Shown here: positions 1 to 15,088 of the stretch, in pieces | Layout of the letters: each line of letters begins with the position of its first letter | Position numbering within the stretch: the stretch's first letter is position 1 | Source of the DNA: Callorhinchus milii | Lineage: Eukaryota | NCBI RefSeq assembly: GCF_018977255.1 | Contig: NW_024704742.1 | Span: forward strand, 83,516,001-83,580,000 | Direction: 5' to 3' | Length of the DNA: 64,000 nt | Translations under genes and position numbers: made by a program | Notes under the pieces: model-generated | Seen by the model: the letters and a program-made list of their open reading frames with translations, nothing else | Told to the model about the DNA's origin: nothing | Databases searched by the model: none

Positions 1-3000
1 ACCATGTCTGACTGACAGAATATTGGAAAAACTGTTTGACAGAAATAATCAGTGAAGTCTCTCGCATACTGCAAGCACTTTCGAGACATCCTGAAGTGAA
101 AGCCACAAGATAAATGTAAACTGGCGATGACTCCAGTTGTCTGTCTTCAGCTATTACCTTCCTTTTTTTTTGCAATTTCTTAGCTAATGGAGTCTCGATA
201 ATGTGCCACTTGACTGCCCTAATGGTATGTGGTAGTTAGCCAAGATCACAAGGTTAGCATGGTAGATCAAACAAATTATTCTTTTGTTAGCTCACAAGGA
301 GAAAGTTCACTAATCTCCCAATCAATAGGATATAATTCCACTGACCACACTATTAATATTGTATAAATAGTTTACATACAGTAAAACAAAACTAGGCAGC
401 AGTTTTTTGTATATAAGGAGGAATTTCCATTTATCTCTTAAAACTATAATTAGCATATAGCAAGTGCAACTGAGAACCAAAATCAGAATTTATGATCTGT
501 GTACAAGTTCCCACAGGGTAATTTTATGAACAGCATATATTGCAATACTGGACGAAGTCCAAAAACACTGGTACTATTCCAACGAGACATCTGCAAGTGG
601 AATATCAGTCATCGAGGCTGGGGAATTTCATGATGGCATTTTTATTTACAAGGTTATACATACACTGCTGCACAAAGCTTCTACATCATGAGAATTCTTA
701 ATTATAAACACCACTGCACGCATTCAAGTGGGCAGTCCAATTTCTTTCTGAATTAGTTTTTTCTCAGCCTGAAGCCTTTGGTTATGTTTTTCGTAAGTGT
801 TTCACACAGTATGGTACAGTGAAATAAATTGACTGTTTGTTTCTGCCTGTGTATTTGACTCTACTGTACATATTTATTCCTGTGACAATTCTTGTATATT
901 TCTTGCTTTGGTTACTATAACCCAGATAATAGTTATCCCTGAAGCTTGCCCTTTCCTCCATGGTATCAGTCTAGTAAATAGCTTTTTCTCCCTGTGAGAC
1001 AACAATGGCACCTGAGGCTGCTGCTGCACAAAAACAAAATTTCTTAGCAAACGTCTCCAAACAGTCAAGCTGAAAATCTAAGCCAAAGTTTCATTTTACA
1101 GCCTGTCAGTTTTCTGATGAGAAACTAATGAACATGGTACCAAACAAATCCATCAAATACAAAATCAAAACAGCTACGTTGTACATGAGATGGTGGGTGG
1201 GGGGAATGAGGGGAAGTTCAAAAATATAAACTCAAGGTTGAGATTTAATCCAGCAAAAGCACCATTATTAAGTGTTTTTTATCCTCCCCCAAATAGGCCT
1301 TTTTAAAAATAAGAAAATATGCATTAACGCTTCAAATACTACAGAAGAAATCGCTCTGGTGCAGTTGGTTCCCTGTGCCACCTGCAAGTATTCTAGTTAA
1401 AAGCTCCAATTCCCTCAGCAATTGTTGCACATTTTGATATATACAGCCCCCTTCAGGTAACATCTTGAAGCACTTAAGAATGGTGGAGTTCGACACCGAG
1501 TCAGGGAAAGAGAGGCATTGACCTAAGCACGGTCGAAGAGGAAAGTCTTGAGGTGTGAACTGAAGACGGGTAAGGATGGGGCAAGAAAATAGAAATGAGG
1601 CAGAGAGCTCCAGAGTTTGGGGGCGTAGGGGCTGAAAGCACAGCTGCCAAGGATGGGGCGGATGAAATGAAAGACATGCATTAGGATACATCAGGGATTG
1701 ACATGGTCACATCTAGACCATGGTAAAAGTTAGAGTCCAAGCTTTTATTTGGCTGAGAATCAGCTTTAGAGGTTGTTTTTGCGGGGGATGAACTTCTAAA
1801 CACAACATGCTCCCACCAACAAAACAGACTGTGTAAGATGAAAGAAAAAGAGGAAGAAACAGAAAGGTAGAAAGACTACAATCACACACATTAGTTAGGG
1901 AAAAGGTAGAATAACCTGATAAAAAAAGGACAGATAGAAGGGAATGAACAATGTGAAGGAAAAAGAAATCACAAGTAGAGCACAAGTAAAGTTAAACAGA
2001 AAAGGTACAGCTGCTAGAAATTGCTTAGCACAGCAAAACCTGAAGCCACAGTAGGACACAGTGGTATAAAGTGTGCCAGAGGTAGATAGACTGCCCATAT
2101 ATTTTATAATACCACATCTGTATATCTCATTCCAATTGAGATGGCTTATTTTTTATTATGTACAGCCCTTTAACTCCCTGTCCAGGATTTCACAATTTGT
2201 TAATGACCAACTGCAGTTTGGGGTTTTACATGTTTAACTTTTGTTTTGAAATCAGCAAAAAATGAAAAATAATTGTTCAAATCTGTTCTTTTTTTTAAAC
2301 ATTATAGGTAATATTACAGTAATAAATGTTGGTCTTGATGTAACTGTTGCTTTATTATTGTCATATTAGTATGGTTTTGTAGCATCGCTATTTGTAAGCT
2401 GAAACATACAGAATTGCTGGACCCATAGAGATATGAATTCCTATGGATCAGGTCATTGAAATCTTAAACCAATTTGCAACAAGATTTATTAATAACAATC
2501 AAGAGTCACTAATGGACAATCTCGAAGGTAACTATCAGTAGACCACGAATGACTTGAAGGACCCCCTGTCTGAAGTGCCGAAACTAACGCCACAGTATCT
2601 TGCACCAGATAATGTCACTTGATATAACTTAAAATTTGTTAANTTTTTTTCTTGTAGTTAAAGCATCTGATCTCCCTCAACTGCATTGCTTGGCGTCGTG
2701 ACAAGCACTCTGGTACGTTAACCTGAGTGAGGAGCACTGTATAAATGCAAGTTGTTGTATTGCATGTAATCTTGTAAATATTGTAGCTCCAATTGTATCC
2801 ATTATACAGCTCAGTCAGGTTGACATGCCAGTGGGAGAGCACTACATTATCAGAAGAGCCATCCTTCAGTTGAGATGTTTAAACCCAAGTCCCATCTATC
2901 TGGTCAGGTGGATGTTAGAACACCAGGTGGATCCCCACTTTCCTCTTTGGGGGAAGGAGAGAGGGGGTAGTAATAGTCTCCTCAGAGCTGAACTGGCTTA

Positions 3001-4909
3001 AGGTGATATGCTTAGAAACACTGTGGTATACAAAATGCTATATAAAATGCAAGGATTATAATCTACATAATAATGCCTATAAATTTATGAACACTAAATT
3101 GCTGTCTTCCAAAACAAAGGGCGTTTATTAAACGTACTATAAACAATTATTTATGTTCTATTAGGTATTCTTTTGAAAGCGTACTGTAAAATGCAAAATT
3201 ATTTCTAGTACTAAATGAAATAACCACAACTCAATTTGAATAATAATTGGAGCAAATTGAATTCATAAAAATATAGTCATTTGCCTGGATCTTCAAAGAG
3301 AAAATATATTGCTTTCCTTTAGCTATAATAGTTCTAATTATACAAACAATGTTATCTTCCACATACCAGAAGCAGAGAAATAAAAAGGGAGATTGTAGAG
3401 GTTATTTAGCAAACTCACTTTATGTAACCCTGATATGGCTTTCCTTCCATTCCATTCCACCCCAAATGCAGTCAACATCAGTCAATCATAGAAGCATAAA
3501 CCGCATCTGATTAAACAATGAAACTTCAAGATGCATTCACCCACAAAATTCACAGTCACTTTGCAGTATATCCTGTGAAGCACTTTAGGTCATCCTCCCA
3601 ACGTGAAAAGCACATGCAAGGATTATTATTATTTATTATTTTCTACAATTTTTTTTGAAAACTCAGTCCCAGCAAATTTATGGAGACTTCAATCTCTTGA
3701 GGCAAGCTGAATCTATATCGTTTTTAGCTCATGCATCAAAAAATAGTTCTACAGTAATAAAACTACCCAACCATCTGATGTACCTTACTATACATCATTT
3801 TAATAAAAGAGAATTAAAAAAACATACTTTAATGTAACTATAAAAGATTTTAAATAAATCATATGTATTGTTCTTTTTTCTCCTTAACTTCATTCTGTTT
3901 ATTTTTAATTTATTCTATCTTTCATCCTCGACTTGCCTTTCACATTCTTCCAGCTTCTACTATTCCTTTTGGAAGATGGTAGCAATTAGTATTCAAGTTA
4001 TTTTGATAGGCTCAAATCGGGCCTGGCAAGTCAAATTTTGCAATGAATCAAAAATGAAAAGGTAAAAGATTGCCAGAACAAAACAAATTGAAGCAGACTG
4101 CAATTCAGATTGTCAGAGGAAGATAGATAAGGTTGAAAAGTTGGGGCTTCAAGAAGCGTACTGGAGAAACCCAGCAAGTGTGCAATTCAAACATGCAGAA
4201 TATACTTCATTGTATTTTATATTTGAAAGTAGCTCGAATTTTGGTAGTTCATTCACATGAATGTGCAAGAGATACTTCCAGTCTATCTGTCTCAATTTAC
4301 AGAACATTGACCAGTTAAAACAAATGTAAAACCTATAAATAGAGCATTCATTCACCCTCTTATTAATGCATTATTTGTCCGCCGTTATCAATCAGATCCC
4401 AATCTCCCAGATGATCCAGCCAAGGACTGACACTGAAAAAATACTGCTGGGAGTCAGAATTTCTGTGCTGTGTGGGTAAGGCTAGAAATTCCTACACCCA
4501 AAGTGCTATACTGAGCTACGGTAGCAGATAGCCAAGGAATTTGTAAGCTTTGGGAGGACATTGGGGGGGGAGGGAGAAACAAATAGAGAAATGCTAAATA
4601 GTATTCAAACATGGCAATTGCAAGTGAATTACCAATACAAACATTCCAGAAAACGTTTAATATAGAACCAGGTTGTAGTAGGACTTGCCAAAAAGAATTA
4701 TATGAGTATATTTTTTGATAAATAGGTGCTGGGCTATTGAAAAAAATACAGTAAATGTAAAAGCTATCAGTGTGACTGAGTAGCTTTCCGCAATATATTT
4801 TAGCTGGAGGTTTAACAATGCATATTAACTTAAAACACACAGAAATCCAAGATCTTAGAATTAATTCTCCTTCAGTTGCAATGAAAGGAAAAGCTAATTA
4901 AATCATTTA

Positions 4910-5110
<201 letters not shown>

Positions 5111-5589
5111 TTATTACAAGATATTTATATTTATAAATAACCGACCATTAAATAATAATACATAATACTCTACTTTGAGACAGTCAAAGGTTTTGTATTG
5201 TGCTTGCCTGTGACACAAGTGCAATAACAGTAACTAGGCAGGTAACAGGCGAAGTACCCTATACAAAAGATGGAACTAAACAAGATAGTTAAAATTGGAG
5301 CTTTACAAATAATTTCTACCTATTATGAAAATATCCTCAGAGAATGAGAATATACTTCCAAATCAGAAAACATGTGGTGCGATATAAAATACTGCATTTC
5401 CACAAACATAGTAATAATAATCCTTGCATTTGATATAGAGCCTTTCACATCATCGAGACATCTCAAAGCACTTCACAGAATATACAGTGGATTGACTGTG
5501 TATCTTGCAAGCGAACATTAAAAAGGAATTTTACATTCAGCCACCCAGAAAAAGTAATGCAGCCATCTAAACCCTAAGTCATTGCTAAC

Positions 5590-6215
5590 CTAAGAGTGGA
5601 GGAGCAAAGAGATCTGAGGATACAGATCTTCAAATTTCTAAAATTAGATAAGACCATAAAATTTCCCAATGGGGTCCTGGACTTTATATCCAAAGGATAG
5701 AGTATAAAAGTGAGATGGTGATGTTGAATTTGTATAAAATCCCGGTGAAACCATATTTGGAGTCCTATGTCCAGTTCTGGTCACCATACTATCAGAAAGA
5801 TATAGCAGTGATGGGAAAACATACAGCATAGGTTTACTATGATACCAGGGCTGACAGGTTACTGCTTTCAGGAAAGACTGAACAGGTTAAGACTTTTTTT
5901 GCTAGAGAACAGACATTTAAGAGGGGACCTGAAAGGTGTTCAAAATTATGAAAGGATTCCCACTTGTTGGGGAATCTGTAGTCAAGGGACACAAGTACTC
6001 AAGATAGCAACTAGGGTATCTAATAGAGTATTTCGGAGGAACTTCTTATTGCAGAGAATGTGGAATTGCTCAAGGTGGAGGTTGAAGCAGATAATATAGA
6101 TGTATTTAAATATACACGGGAGAGGATATGGGAGTATCATGTGAAGTATAATCACCAGCACAGACTGGTTAGGCTGAAAGGCCTGTTTCCACGCTGTACA
6201 GTCTACGTAAATCTA
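5590..6215 (+). mobile_element. CR1 LINE 3' fragment, degraded
   Basis: VQFWSP-coding gtccagttctggtcacca, ERLNRLRLFLLE.R.LRGDL, and a ggctgaaaggcctgtttcc tail. Confidence 0.75.
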
Positions 6216-8725
6216 TGTATGTAAATGATAACTTGTTCCAGTTTAAGAGAATGCAATCCAATATGGCAAATATTTAGCTGTTGTTTAAAAATTATCATTT
6301 CACATTTTCCAAAACATGTTTGAACATATCTGGGGCACAGAACAGAGAATTGGGAAAAAGGGAGCAAAAGGCTACATACATATTTATTTTAATTCTTTAA
6401 ATTGTGTGAGGTTAATGTTCCAGTAATTTAGCTGCTTTTCACATGGTACACTGTACTAGTTTGTTTCAGCTTCTCAGTGTGATATTTAGTGTAGGCACAT
6501 AGATATGTGTTTAAATGTGTTTAAATAGAAACCAAAATATGATCTTTAGAAAAGTAACATTCATCAGCTGACATATCTTAGAAAAATCTTCCACAAATAG
6601 GTTATGGCCAGGATATTTGCATTCAAAATATCAATATGTACATGTATGATATACATTTGCAATCTTTGCATGGTTTCCCAGTGTATGGCCTGAAGAATTT
6701 GCAATATCAGAAATTATCTATAATGGCACAATGGAGTCCAACTTCCTAGAATAATAATTTTAAATGACAATCTAGGGGAAGAGCTCAAAAATATTTTTGT
6801 TAGTGCTGCTAATGTTTACAGAGGTACAAGTTTTAAGCAACTATTCAAACATTCTGGAAAAAGTAAGGTATGTTCAAGATTTTGTGACCAAGAGTTTTGC
6901 TGGTATTAAACATAGTTAATAAGAAAGTAATGACATTTCTGGGTTTCAGCAACTTGTTTCTTTCATCAAACAATAAATACTCCACTACTGTTTAGCACTG
7001 CAGATGTGACTTGTGAGCAGCAGTACAGCTGTCACCCTGCTCCTCATTGGTCACCTTATCAGTGTTCAACACATTATTATTTCAGTGTCACACAAGCTAA
7101 CAGCTCACAGTCAGCTCCTCTTCTCCCTGCATTCAATCAGAACTGCAGGAGGGAGCAGGCTGCTTCTTTATAAGCAATTTAAGTGCTAGTTTTAATTCAC
7201 TTTTTTTTAAAATTGCCTCCCTTTTCTTCTTGCTACATTTCCTGAGAACATTCCCACCTGGATCTGATAACTATGATGAAGTTATTTTCTTTTTTCCCCA
7301 CCCAAAAATGTTACAGTACACCAAAGGGAGCTTTCTGAGAGTGATACAAACAGGAAGCCATGGCTGTACTCCTGCCTGCACCATTTGAGTTGAGGAAATT
7401 ATCATCTCCGTGGCTGCTCATCAGCATTTGATAGCAAGGGAAATTTCTGGTCAGAACAGAACTAAGACAACTGCTGGTTCTTTCCATCAGTAGCAAATTA
7501 AATACCGGTAAATAAACTTCAGGCCAGCTCCATGTTGGTCATTTTTTCCCTTTTCAGATTGACTTATCAATGTCAAAATCCTAAATGCTGAGAAAATCAG
7601 AAGAATGGAGTAAATTGGAGGTAAGACAAGACGCTGCACACTATCTATGCCTGATCTTTGAAAGCTATAATTTGGACTGCACCAAGGCAGGCATTTTGTT
7701 CTTGTTATCTCCAACATAACATGAAAGGTCTTGAATTATAGTCAGTTCATTTGATATTCTTTATCTATTTCAATGCTGCTACAAATTATAAAATTAGGTA
7801 AACCTCCAATTTACGAACTTGAGATAGAAATTTAAGCCTAAGTATTTGAAAAGCACTTAACGTTTGTACAAAGTGGCACTCAAGAAGCTCAAATCAATTA
7901 TTTGACAGAGAATATAAGTCAACAATTTCACAAGAGAACTTTAGCCCTTGATCTCATCCTTCTAGAAAACTTACCCCACCATCTTATCATTAAGTAGCCA
8001 AACTTTTTTTTAAATGAGTAAATTCTGATCTCTATCACCCTTTCTGATGACTCACTCTAGCTGTTGTTAACACTATTAACAAACATGTTTTTGTGTCTAT
8101 TCTAGAAACAGAACAATCCTGAACATATGCCCTCCTGTCTTGCTATCTTGATATATCTGGAAATGTAGTATAACTTCATTATATCATAGTAATTGTGGTA
8201 CATAAAATCACAACCAGCCTTAGAACAGGGCATCACTGGCGGTCAACACTTCTGCACTGCGATGCCACCAATGATGTCACTGTGCAGAGGATATACTGAA
8301 GAGCGATAGTATGAAGGCTTGTTTTGTGTTTTTCAAGAGCATTCTAACGATCATTAACCACAGCCCCATAAGTATGAAAGTGCATGTATAGCAGTGGAAT
8401 GGGATGGAAAACCCAAATCAACCACATGTAAGGACATTTGGGAGTACTGTGGGCACACTTACAACATCTTGCATTCGTAGAGTGCCCGTCATATTGGATA
8501 ACTTCAGAGAGTTTCATAGGCATGGTGTTTATTCCATTTTTACACAGAGTCCAAGATCTTATACCAACATTAAGAAATTACCTATGTTTTATCTAATCAA
8601 AGGCACTTCATCTTAAAAATGATGTTAGTATTTGTGTAAATACCTCAACTATATATTTTAACTTTTCAGTGCAAGAGAAAATAAAAATATACAAAACTTA
8701 ATTATTTTATTAATATATTTGATAC

Positions 8726-8829
8726 CTTGTCAAAAGGAATTCCATATTTCTTTAATATTGAAGGAGATATGAGGGTCATCTTGTGACGAAGAAAGGCATC
8801 ACATCCTTGGGAACTACTTGGGAAGAAAC
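8726..8829 (-). CDS. KDM4C: KDM4C coding exon F: (G)[34 protein letters not shown]
   Basis: 104 nt, tag acceptor, gtatc donor; [16 protein letters not shown] is the KDM4C-type sequence and carries Zn-site C/H residues. Confidence 0.96.
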
Positions 8830-11800
8830 CTATAAAAAGAAAATAATGTGAACTATCACACAATAACTCAGCTATGAAATTGTTTGTTGCAACGGAAGAA
8901 ACATTAGGTGGCTGTTTAGGTGGCATGATTTCCTCAGGCAAATTAAACTCTTGAGTACAACTTTTGGCAAAGCCAGAGGCCTGACAAGATTATGCAGGAT
9001 CTACCACTAATGCATATAGTTCTCTAAAACATGGGTCAGCAAAATGGAAAGTGCAAGCTCATAAGTTCAAAGAGTTCTTTATCACAAACAATCCCAACTC
9101 TAAATTAGTAACAATTTGAGAAGCAAAACACCACATTTCCCTGGTATTGTTCATGATACCGCTGTGCGCAATTGGCTGCCATGTTTCGCCCACAGAATAT
9201 ACAGATAATTCACTTTACAGTATATCATGTGAAGCACTTTGAGACCTCCCAATGATGTGATGAGGTGCCATATCAAATGCAAGGATTATTATTATCACTA
9301 ATTCAAATTCAGATATTCCTAAAATGGCTAGCATTTTCACTGTCTGAATCTTATGAATAATGATATCACAAGCTGCATTGCCACTAAATTAAAAAAGCCT
9401 CACTGCCAACAGATCAGCATCCCATTGGAGCGGATACCTGGAACAAGGGCTAAACGTTGGTTCTGGAATTTGGCCACCAAGTCTATATTGGTTTGGATCA
9501 GTTAGTGAAAAAAACAGAACAAATAAAGGATACTTTATTCTGCATTCCCTCATAATGTTGGACCAACATATCCATCAAATGCACCAGTACCAATGCCAGA
9601 CTTTCCATAAAGTTGAGGAAAATTTCTAGGGTTCCAGTCAGACCTCTTCTCTTTGAGGTATCAAAGCACAGTAGTATTGTTTGTCCACAGCTCTATTATA
9701 AACCTATTGGAAACTCATTCTACAAAACAGATCAGGAAGAAGGGGAGAAAGGAACTGAGTCACCTCGAGGTGAACTGGCTCTATGAAGTATGCCTATCAA
9801 AGGTTAACTAGATTATTTGCCTTATCAATGAGACTTAGAAGAGTAGACATATGCACAACCGTGCAAGCCATAGTTCTAACAATAACCATACCCCTAATTA
9901 AATAGATATCACAAAATTTACAGGTAAATTAATACAACCCATTTCATTGTGCCCTTGTGTCAAATAATTTGAGATTTTTGACAAAAGTCACTATATTAAA
10001 TGAAAGAAAACCTTTTATAAAACCAGCATCAGCTTCAGAGAAAATGCCAAACCCAGAATATGAAAATAACTATAACTTTCTTGAGGCTGTAATGGATGTA
10101 AGAAAATTCCAACTTCTTTCTCTTTTAGGCGTTAAGAACCCTGAGCATAGCTTCACCAGTGTCCCTTCTGTGAAGTATTTCAGAGAACAATGACTACAAC
10201 AGAAGGATCCCATTATAATGTGATAGTTGGGGATCCTTAAAGTCCCAACCAGTCATCTAATGGGTGCTGACTGACCATAATGTCATCAACCATGATGTCA
10301 CTGCACGTTCCCGCAGAAAGCCAGCTGGCTCCATCATACTCTGATTCAATTTGAGTCAATGTGAAACAAATTGGACTATAAGAGAACCTGTGTTATGACA
10401 AAGTTTAGTTTAATTTCTACCTGTCTACAAAGTTGGTTAAGTTTCTGCAGAGATGTGGAAGAATTAAGCTTCAATGTTCACCCAGAGCCTAGAAATCCAG
10501 CAAATAAGTCTCTCTCATTGACCCCCTCCTGGTGCTGTCTTTCAAGCAGGCTTTTCACTCTCAAAAAGTCATGCAGTGTTGGAAGAGATTAAAACAGATA
10601 TTGTGCGTGCCTAGGAAGAATGCCTGATATTTGATAGATTTTGAAATAAAGCCAACATCTGGTGCGGTTTATCCAACTGAGGTTAGTCCCAGCAGGCAAA
10701 CAATAAGGAGCAGCAGATGTCTGTCTACTAGCAACTCAATGCAAGAAAATGCTAGCTACATGCCATGCATAAAAAGGGGAAATGCTACATTAACAGTTAC
10801 AATCAAATACAGTCAGTCCAGTTATAGCTTGGTTTCACCATGGACTTGTGGTATAATGGGAGTAGCACACAAGCTCAATAGCTCAGAAGGCCTCTCGGCC
10901 TGTTTCACTGGAACCGCTCACAAGAACTGTTGCCAGCTTCCTGTTTGCACATGTAGCATGATTCAGTGTTATCCCTCTACCAACCTGGAAGTGTTGACTA
11001 GCAACCATTTTTATAACGTAAACCATTATAACGAGTTGTATTGTCCGATTGTATGGACTCAAACCACCATGTTATAGTGTCACAACTCCTACTTGCCTCA
11101 CGATTCAGATTTACACAGATTTGGCAGTGCCAAACGTTGACTACAAAAACAGTCACTTAACAGTAATTACTGTAAAGCTTTTGAGAACTTTGGCATACAT
11201 TGTTTACCCACAGAAATCCTTCTTCAATGGAATAGTCAAAAATTCTCATAGAAATATAATACAGCATGGAAACTGGCAATTCGGCCCAACTAATCTGTGC
11301 TGGTGTTTGTACTCTACATGAACATCAACCACTCCTGATCACCTCACCAATACCCCTCTTTTCCCATTTGCCTCTTGTAAGTACCAAGGTTTCTCTTAAA
11401 TATTTTGAAGAAATCTTAAATCTCTTATAAAAAGTATCAGGAACAGCAAGTAAGATTTTACAGGATGTTGCATATTTTACAGCATGCTTCACAATAGTCA
11501 GGGACTTGTGTACATGATGTACTGGGGCCTCGATGGCGATCAGTGGATTGGAAAGCGACAATCCAATTGAAAAGGTCACTTGATGGCTTTGCTCAGTCTG
11601 ATAGTTAGACAGTAACATTAGAATTGATTCTATGAGCTCATAAAATGGTCTGTTTTTATGATTATATCTCACTCTCCAGTTATATATTTCGATATTGTGG
11701 GTGCTTTAATTGAAACAATGCTGTTTGAACTTTGCAGGTTATTGATACAGTGGAATACTGTTGTAACATGCTGATTGGAATTCATCAAATCTAAACAAGT

Positions 11801-13417
11801 TGTCTGTTTCAATTTGCTTCGTCCTCTTTGGCCAGTTGCTACATTGAAAGAAAAATGGCCAATTCTGGATTATCAGGACACTGCAAAGCAGGAAATTATG
11901 TCATTGGTGATCTGTTGGCCAGGAAGTTGGCTATTTTTCTGAATTCAATTTCTGCTTTACACGTGCGCAGCAAAGCAGGAATCGAGAAAATACCTAATGA
12001 ACTAGAACTCGCTCTTTTTAGCACCAAAGCTGGCTGAAGTGCAGCAAGCAAGCGAGCGAGGTAGCAGCTCATGCACAGTGAATGGGGTTGACAGTGCAAC
12101 TGTATTATAACTAAATTTGCACTATAAACACGTTACAACTGAACTGGACTGGGCTGTGAGAAAACATACAAGAAAATAGATCAGTCCATTTTCTTGTCCA
12201 ATTCACTATCTACTATATAGCATAACGCTGTTATTGCAGTCAGAGACAATTGCTATCGGTATTAGGTATAAACACAAATTTCAAACCACATCAAAAACAT
12301 TGATGCAATTTCCAATATAGCAATGTACATATAATACCAATGGAGAACAAATGATAGTATATACAGAAGTCTATAGTCTAATAAATAATTCCTTCCCAAG
12401 GCATTGTTGAATATCAAGCGCAAAGTTGATTATGTAATTTTTTTTAGAAAAACTTCAAGCTGTCATTGTGATTCAATAGCTTTCACTGATTTGACATGAT
12501 AAACTCAGTAAATTTAAGACTCATAACTACATGTTCCTTGCAATAATAGTTCTCAGCATTTACATCATCTTGTGGCCTACACAAAACAGGATGTAAAACA
12601 AAATTCATAAATCAGACAGCAGCTGAGAGAAAAAAAATCAAGTTTCACTATTTATTAGATGAAACTATAATGTCTTTCAGATAAAAATATTTGCCGGTGT
12701 CAGAGTCAATCATGTTTTCAATAGAAGCCAGAGATGAAAGCACCGAAGCATAAAAGTCAAGAATGATAATTACAATGTGCAGACAGAATGACTGCAAAAT
12801 AGCAACGATTTCTTTTAATTTCCAACCAAAGATGACCTATCCTTTCAGAACTGTCAAGTGACCTATTCCAGAAGCAGATATGGATGGAACATTATGATGC
12901 AAAGTCAAATGACTTATTGTGATTGTAGATTGATTTATGAAAGAGCTGCAACAAGATATTTGCTTAACTTTACATAATTCTGTGGCAGGTATCAAGGCAG
13001 TGCACCTTACTCATGGGTTATTTAAAAATAATTTTTTTATTCCATTCTCATTCACACTGTTCAGGTAACTGAAACCATGCGTGAAAAACTAAATTATAGT
13101 TTCTATCAAACGCTAACGTGCAACACTTCATAAGTGATTTAAAACATTTCCCTCATACTTATTAATTTGAACGAAAACCCTTTGAATCATGATTCAAAAT
13201 ATAAAAGTATCTGTAAACTAAATAAGATGAATTCATAGAAAAATTACTATTTCAAAACCAGCCAGTTGAAGGTGGCATGGTAATATGGGCAATTCAAGAG
13301 AAATGGGAAGATGTCCAATAACAATAATGTTTTTTTAATCCACATACAGACAAAGGTGAAGTTGTGATTTTATGCATAAGAGCTTTTTGTTTAATAATGA
13401 CTTCAGCTTAAATTTCT

Positions 13418-14325
13418 CAACAACAACAAATTACATTTGTATAGTTCCTTTCACGTCAAGAGGACGTTCCAAGGATCCGCACCCGAGCAGAGGGTTGGCA
13501 TCAGGAGGTGTGGAGGGCGGGGATGGCCGGGGTAGGAGGGTGACCGAAGGCATGGTCAAAAAGGAGGGTCTTGAGACAGATCTTGAAGGAGGCAAGGGAG
13601 GGGGCGAGGTAGAAGGACTGTGGGATGCAGTTTCAGAGGGTGGGGGGAAAGAGGCTGACGGCCTGCCCACCAATGGTGGGGAGAGCAAGGCAGGAGGTCA
13701 CAGAGGTAGGCAGGAGCAACGCCGTGGAGGACTTTGAAGGCAAGGACTAGGATCTTGAACTGTATCCTGTGTGATGGGGAGACAGCGGAGTCAGACGAGG
13801 ATAGGAGTGATAGGGTCACGGAACTTGGTGCGGGAGAGACTACAGGCTGCAGAGTTCTGGATGATCTGCAACCCTTGAAGGGTGGAGTTGGGGAGGCTGA
13901 CAAGCAGGGAGTTTGCGTAGTTGATCCTGGATGTGATGAATGCGTGGATGAGGGTCTTGGCGGCCTGCGGTGAGAGACAGTGGTGGAGGGGTGAGTGGTG
14001 AAGAACAGTTGAGGGTCGAACAGAACGCTGAGCTTCCATATTGGCTCTGTGAGGTGCAGAGTGCATCCATGAAAGGAAATGCTGTCAGCGCCCAAGGTAT
14101 GGAGGCGCTGATGAAGGCAAAGCAGGAGGGCCTCGGTCTTGTTGACATTCAACTGGAGGAAGTTTGCGCTCATCCAGGACTTGATGTCCGACAGGCAGTC
14201 TGTGAGGACAGCAGTGGTCCTGGAGTCGAGGGTGGAGGCGTACAGTTGGGTGTCATCCGCATACATGTGGAAGTTGACCCCATGTCTATGTATGTTGTCA
14301 CCAAGTGGGATATAAATGGCATACA
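13418..14325 (-). mobile_element. L2 LINE 3' fragment, degraded
   Basis: [27 protein letters not shown] motifs and a (TTG)n tail. Confidence 0.9.
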
Positions 14326-14664
14326 AATCGATTTAACAAAATTGCATGCAGTCTTTTTTTCCGTTAAGCCTAAACGTTTTGCATCATAGGAACATAGGAA
14401 CAGAAGTTGGCCATTCAGCTACATGAGCCTGTTCTGTGGTTCATGGCTGATTTGTACCTCAACTCCAAACAAATGCATCATTTGTATTGGTCAAATTTAT
14501 CAGTACTGTGAGGCTGAGGCCTGCTGAATAAATTCATTCCTTTTCCTACAAAAAATATACATTTCACTGGAAGATACCCAAGTTGGAAGGAGGATAAAAT
14601 CTAGAAAGATTTAAAATTTGAAAACAGAACACATTCAGGTTGATAGCTTGATGATGATGATGAT

Positions 14665-15001
14665 AATAATACTTGCTTTTTTATAGCGCCTTATCAAGTC
14701 ATTGAGACACCTCAAAGCACCTTCACAGAGTATATTTTAAAGTTATTTTGTGTATTTTGTGGGCGAAATGCAGCAGCCAATTGCTCACAGCAGTGTCCCA
14801 CAAAACAGTCATGGAATTGAGTAACCATCTTTTTGGGAGGAGGGATTATTGCTCCTGGAAAGCGATTTGCAATCGACTAACAACCAGATTCCTACTTACT
14901 GCTCAGTATAAAGGCATGTGGAGTAAGGAAACTGGCCTAAATTGTTGTCCAGGTCTTCTCGCTTGCGAGGCGAACGCGCTAACCACTACGCTATGGGACT
15001 C
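14665..15001 (-). mobile_element. tRNA-derived SINE, full length, 38 bp into the intron after exon E
   Basis: Same head, body and tail as the 27990 copy. Confidence 0.85.
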
Positions 15002-15038
15002 AACCATTGATATACTATAACATATTCCAATTAATTAC

Positions 15039-15088
15039 CTTGTGCAAGACGCTCCAGCCTCTTCCCATGCTCCGGAGGAATGGCATAC
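15039..15088 (-). CDS. KDM4C: KDM4C coding exon E: (W)YAIPPEHGKRLERLAQ(G)
   Basis: 50 nt, ccag acceptor, gtaatt donor, phases match both neighbouring exons. Confidence 0.95.
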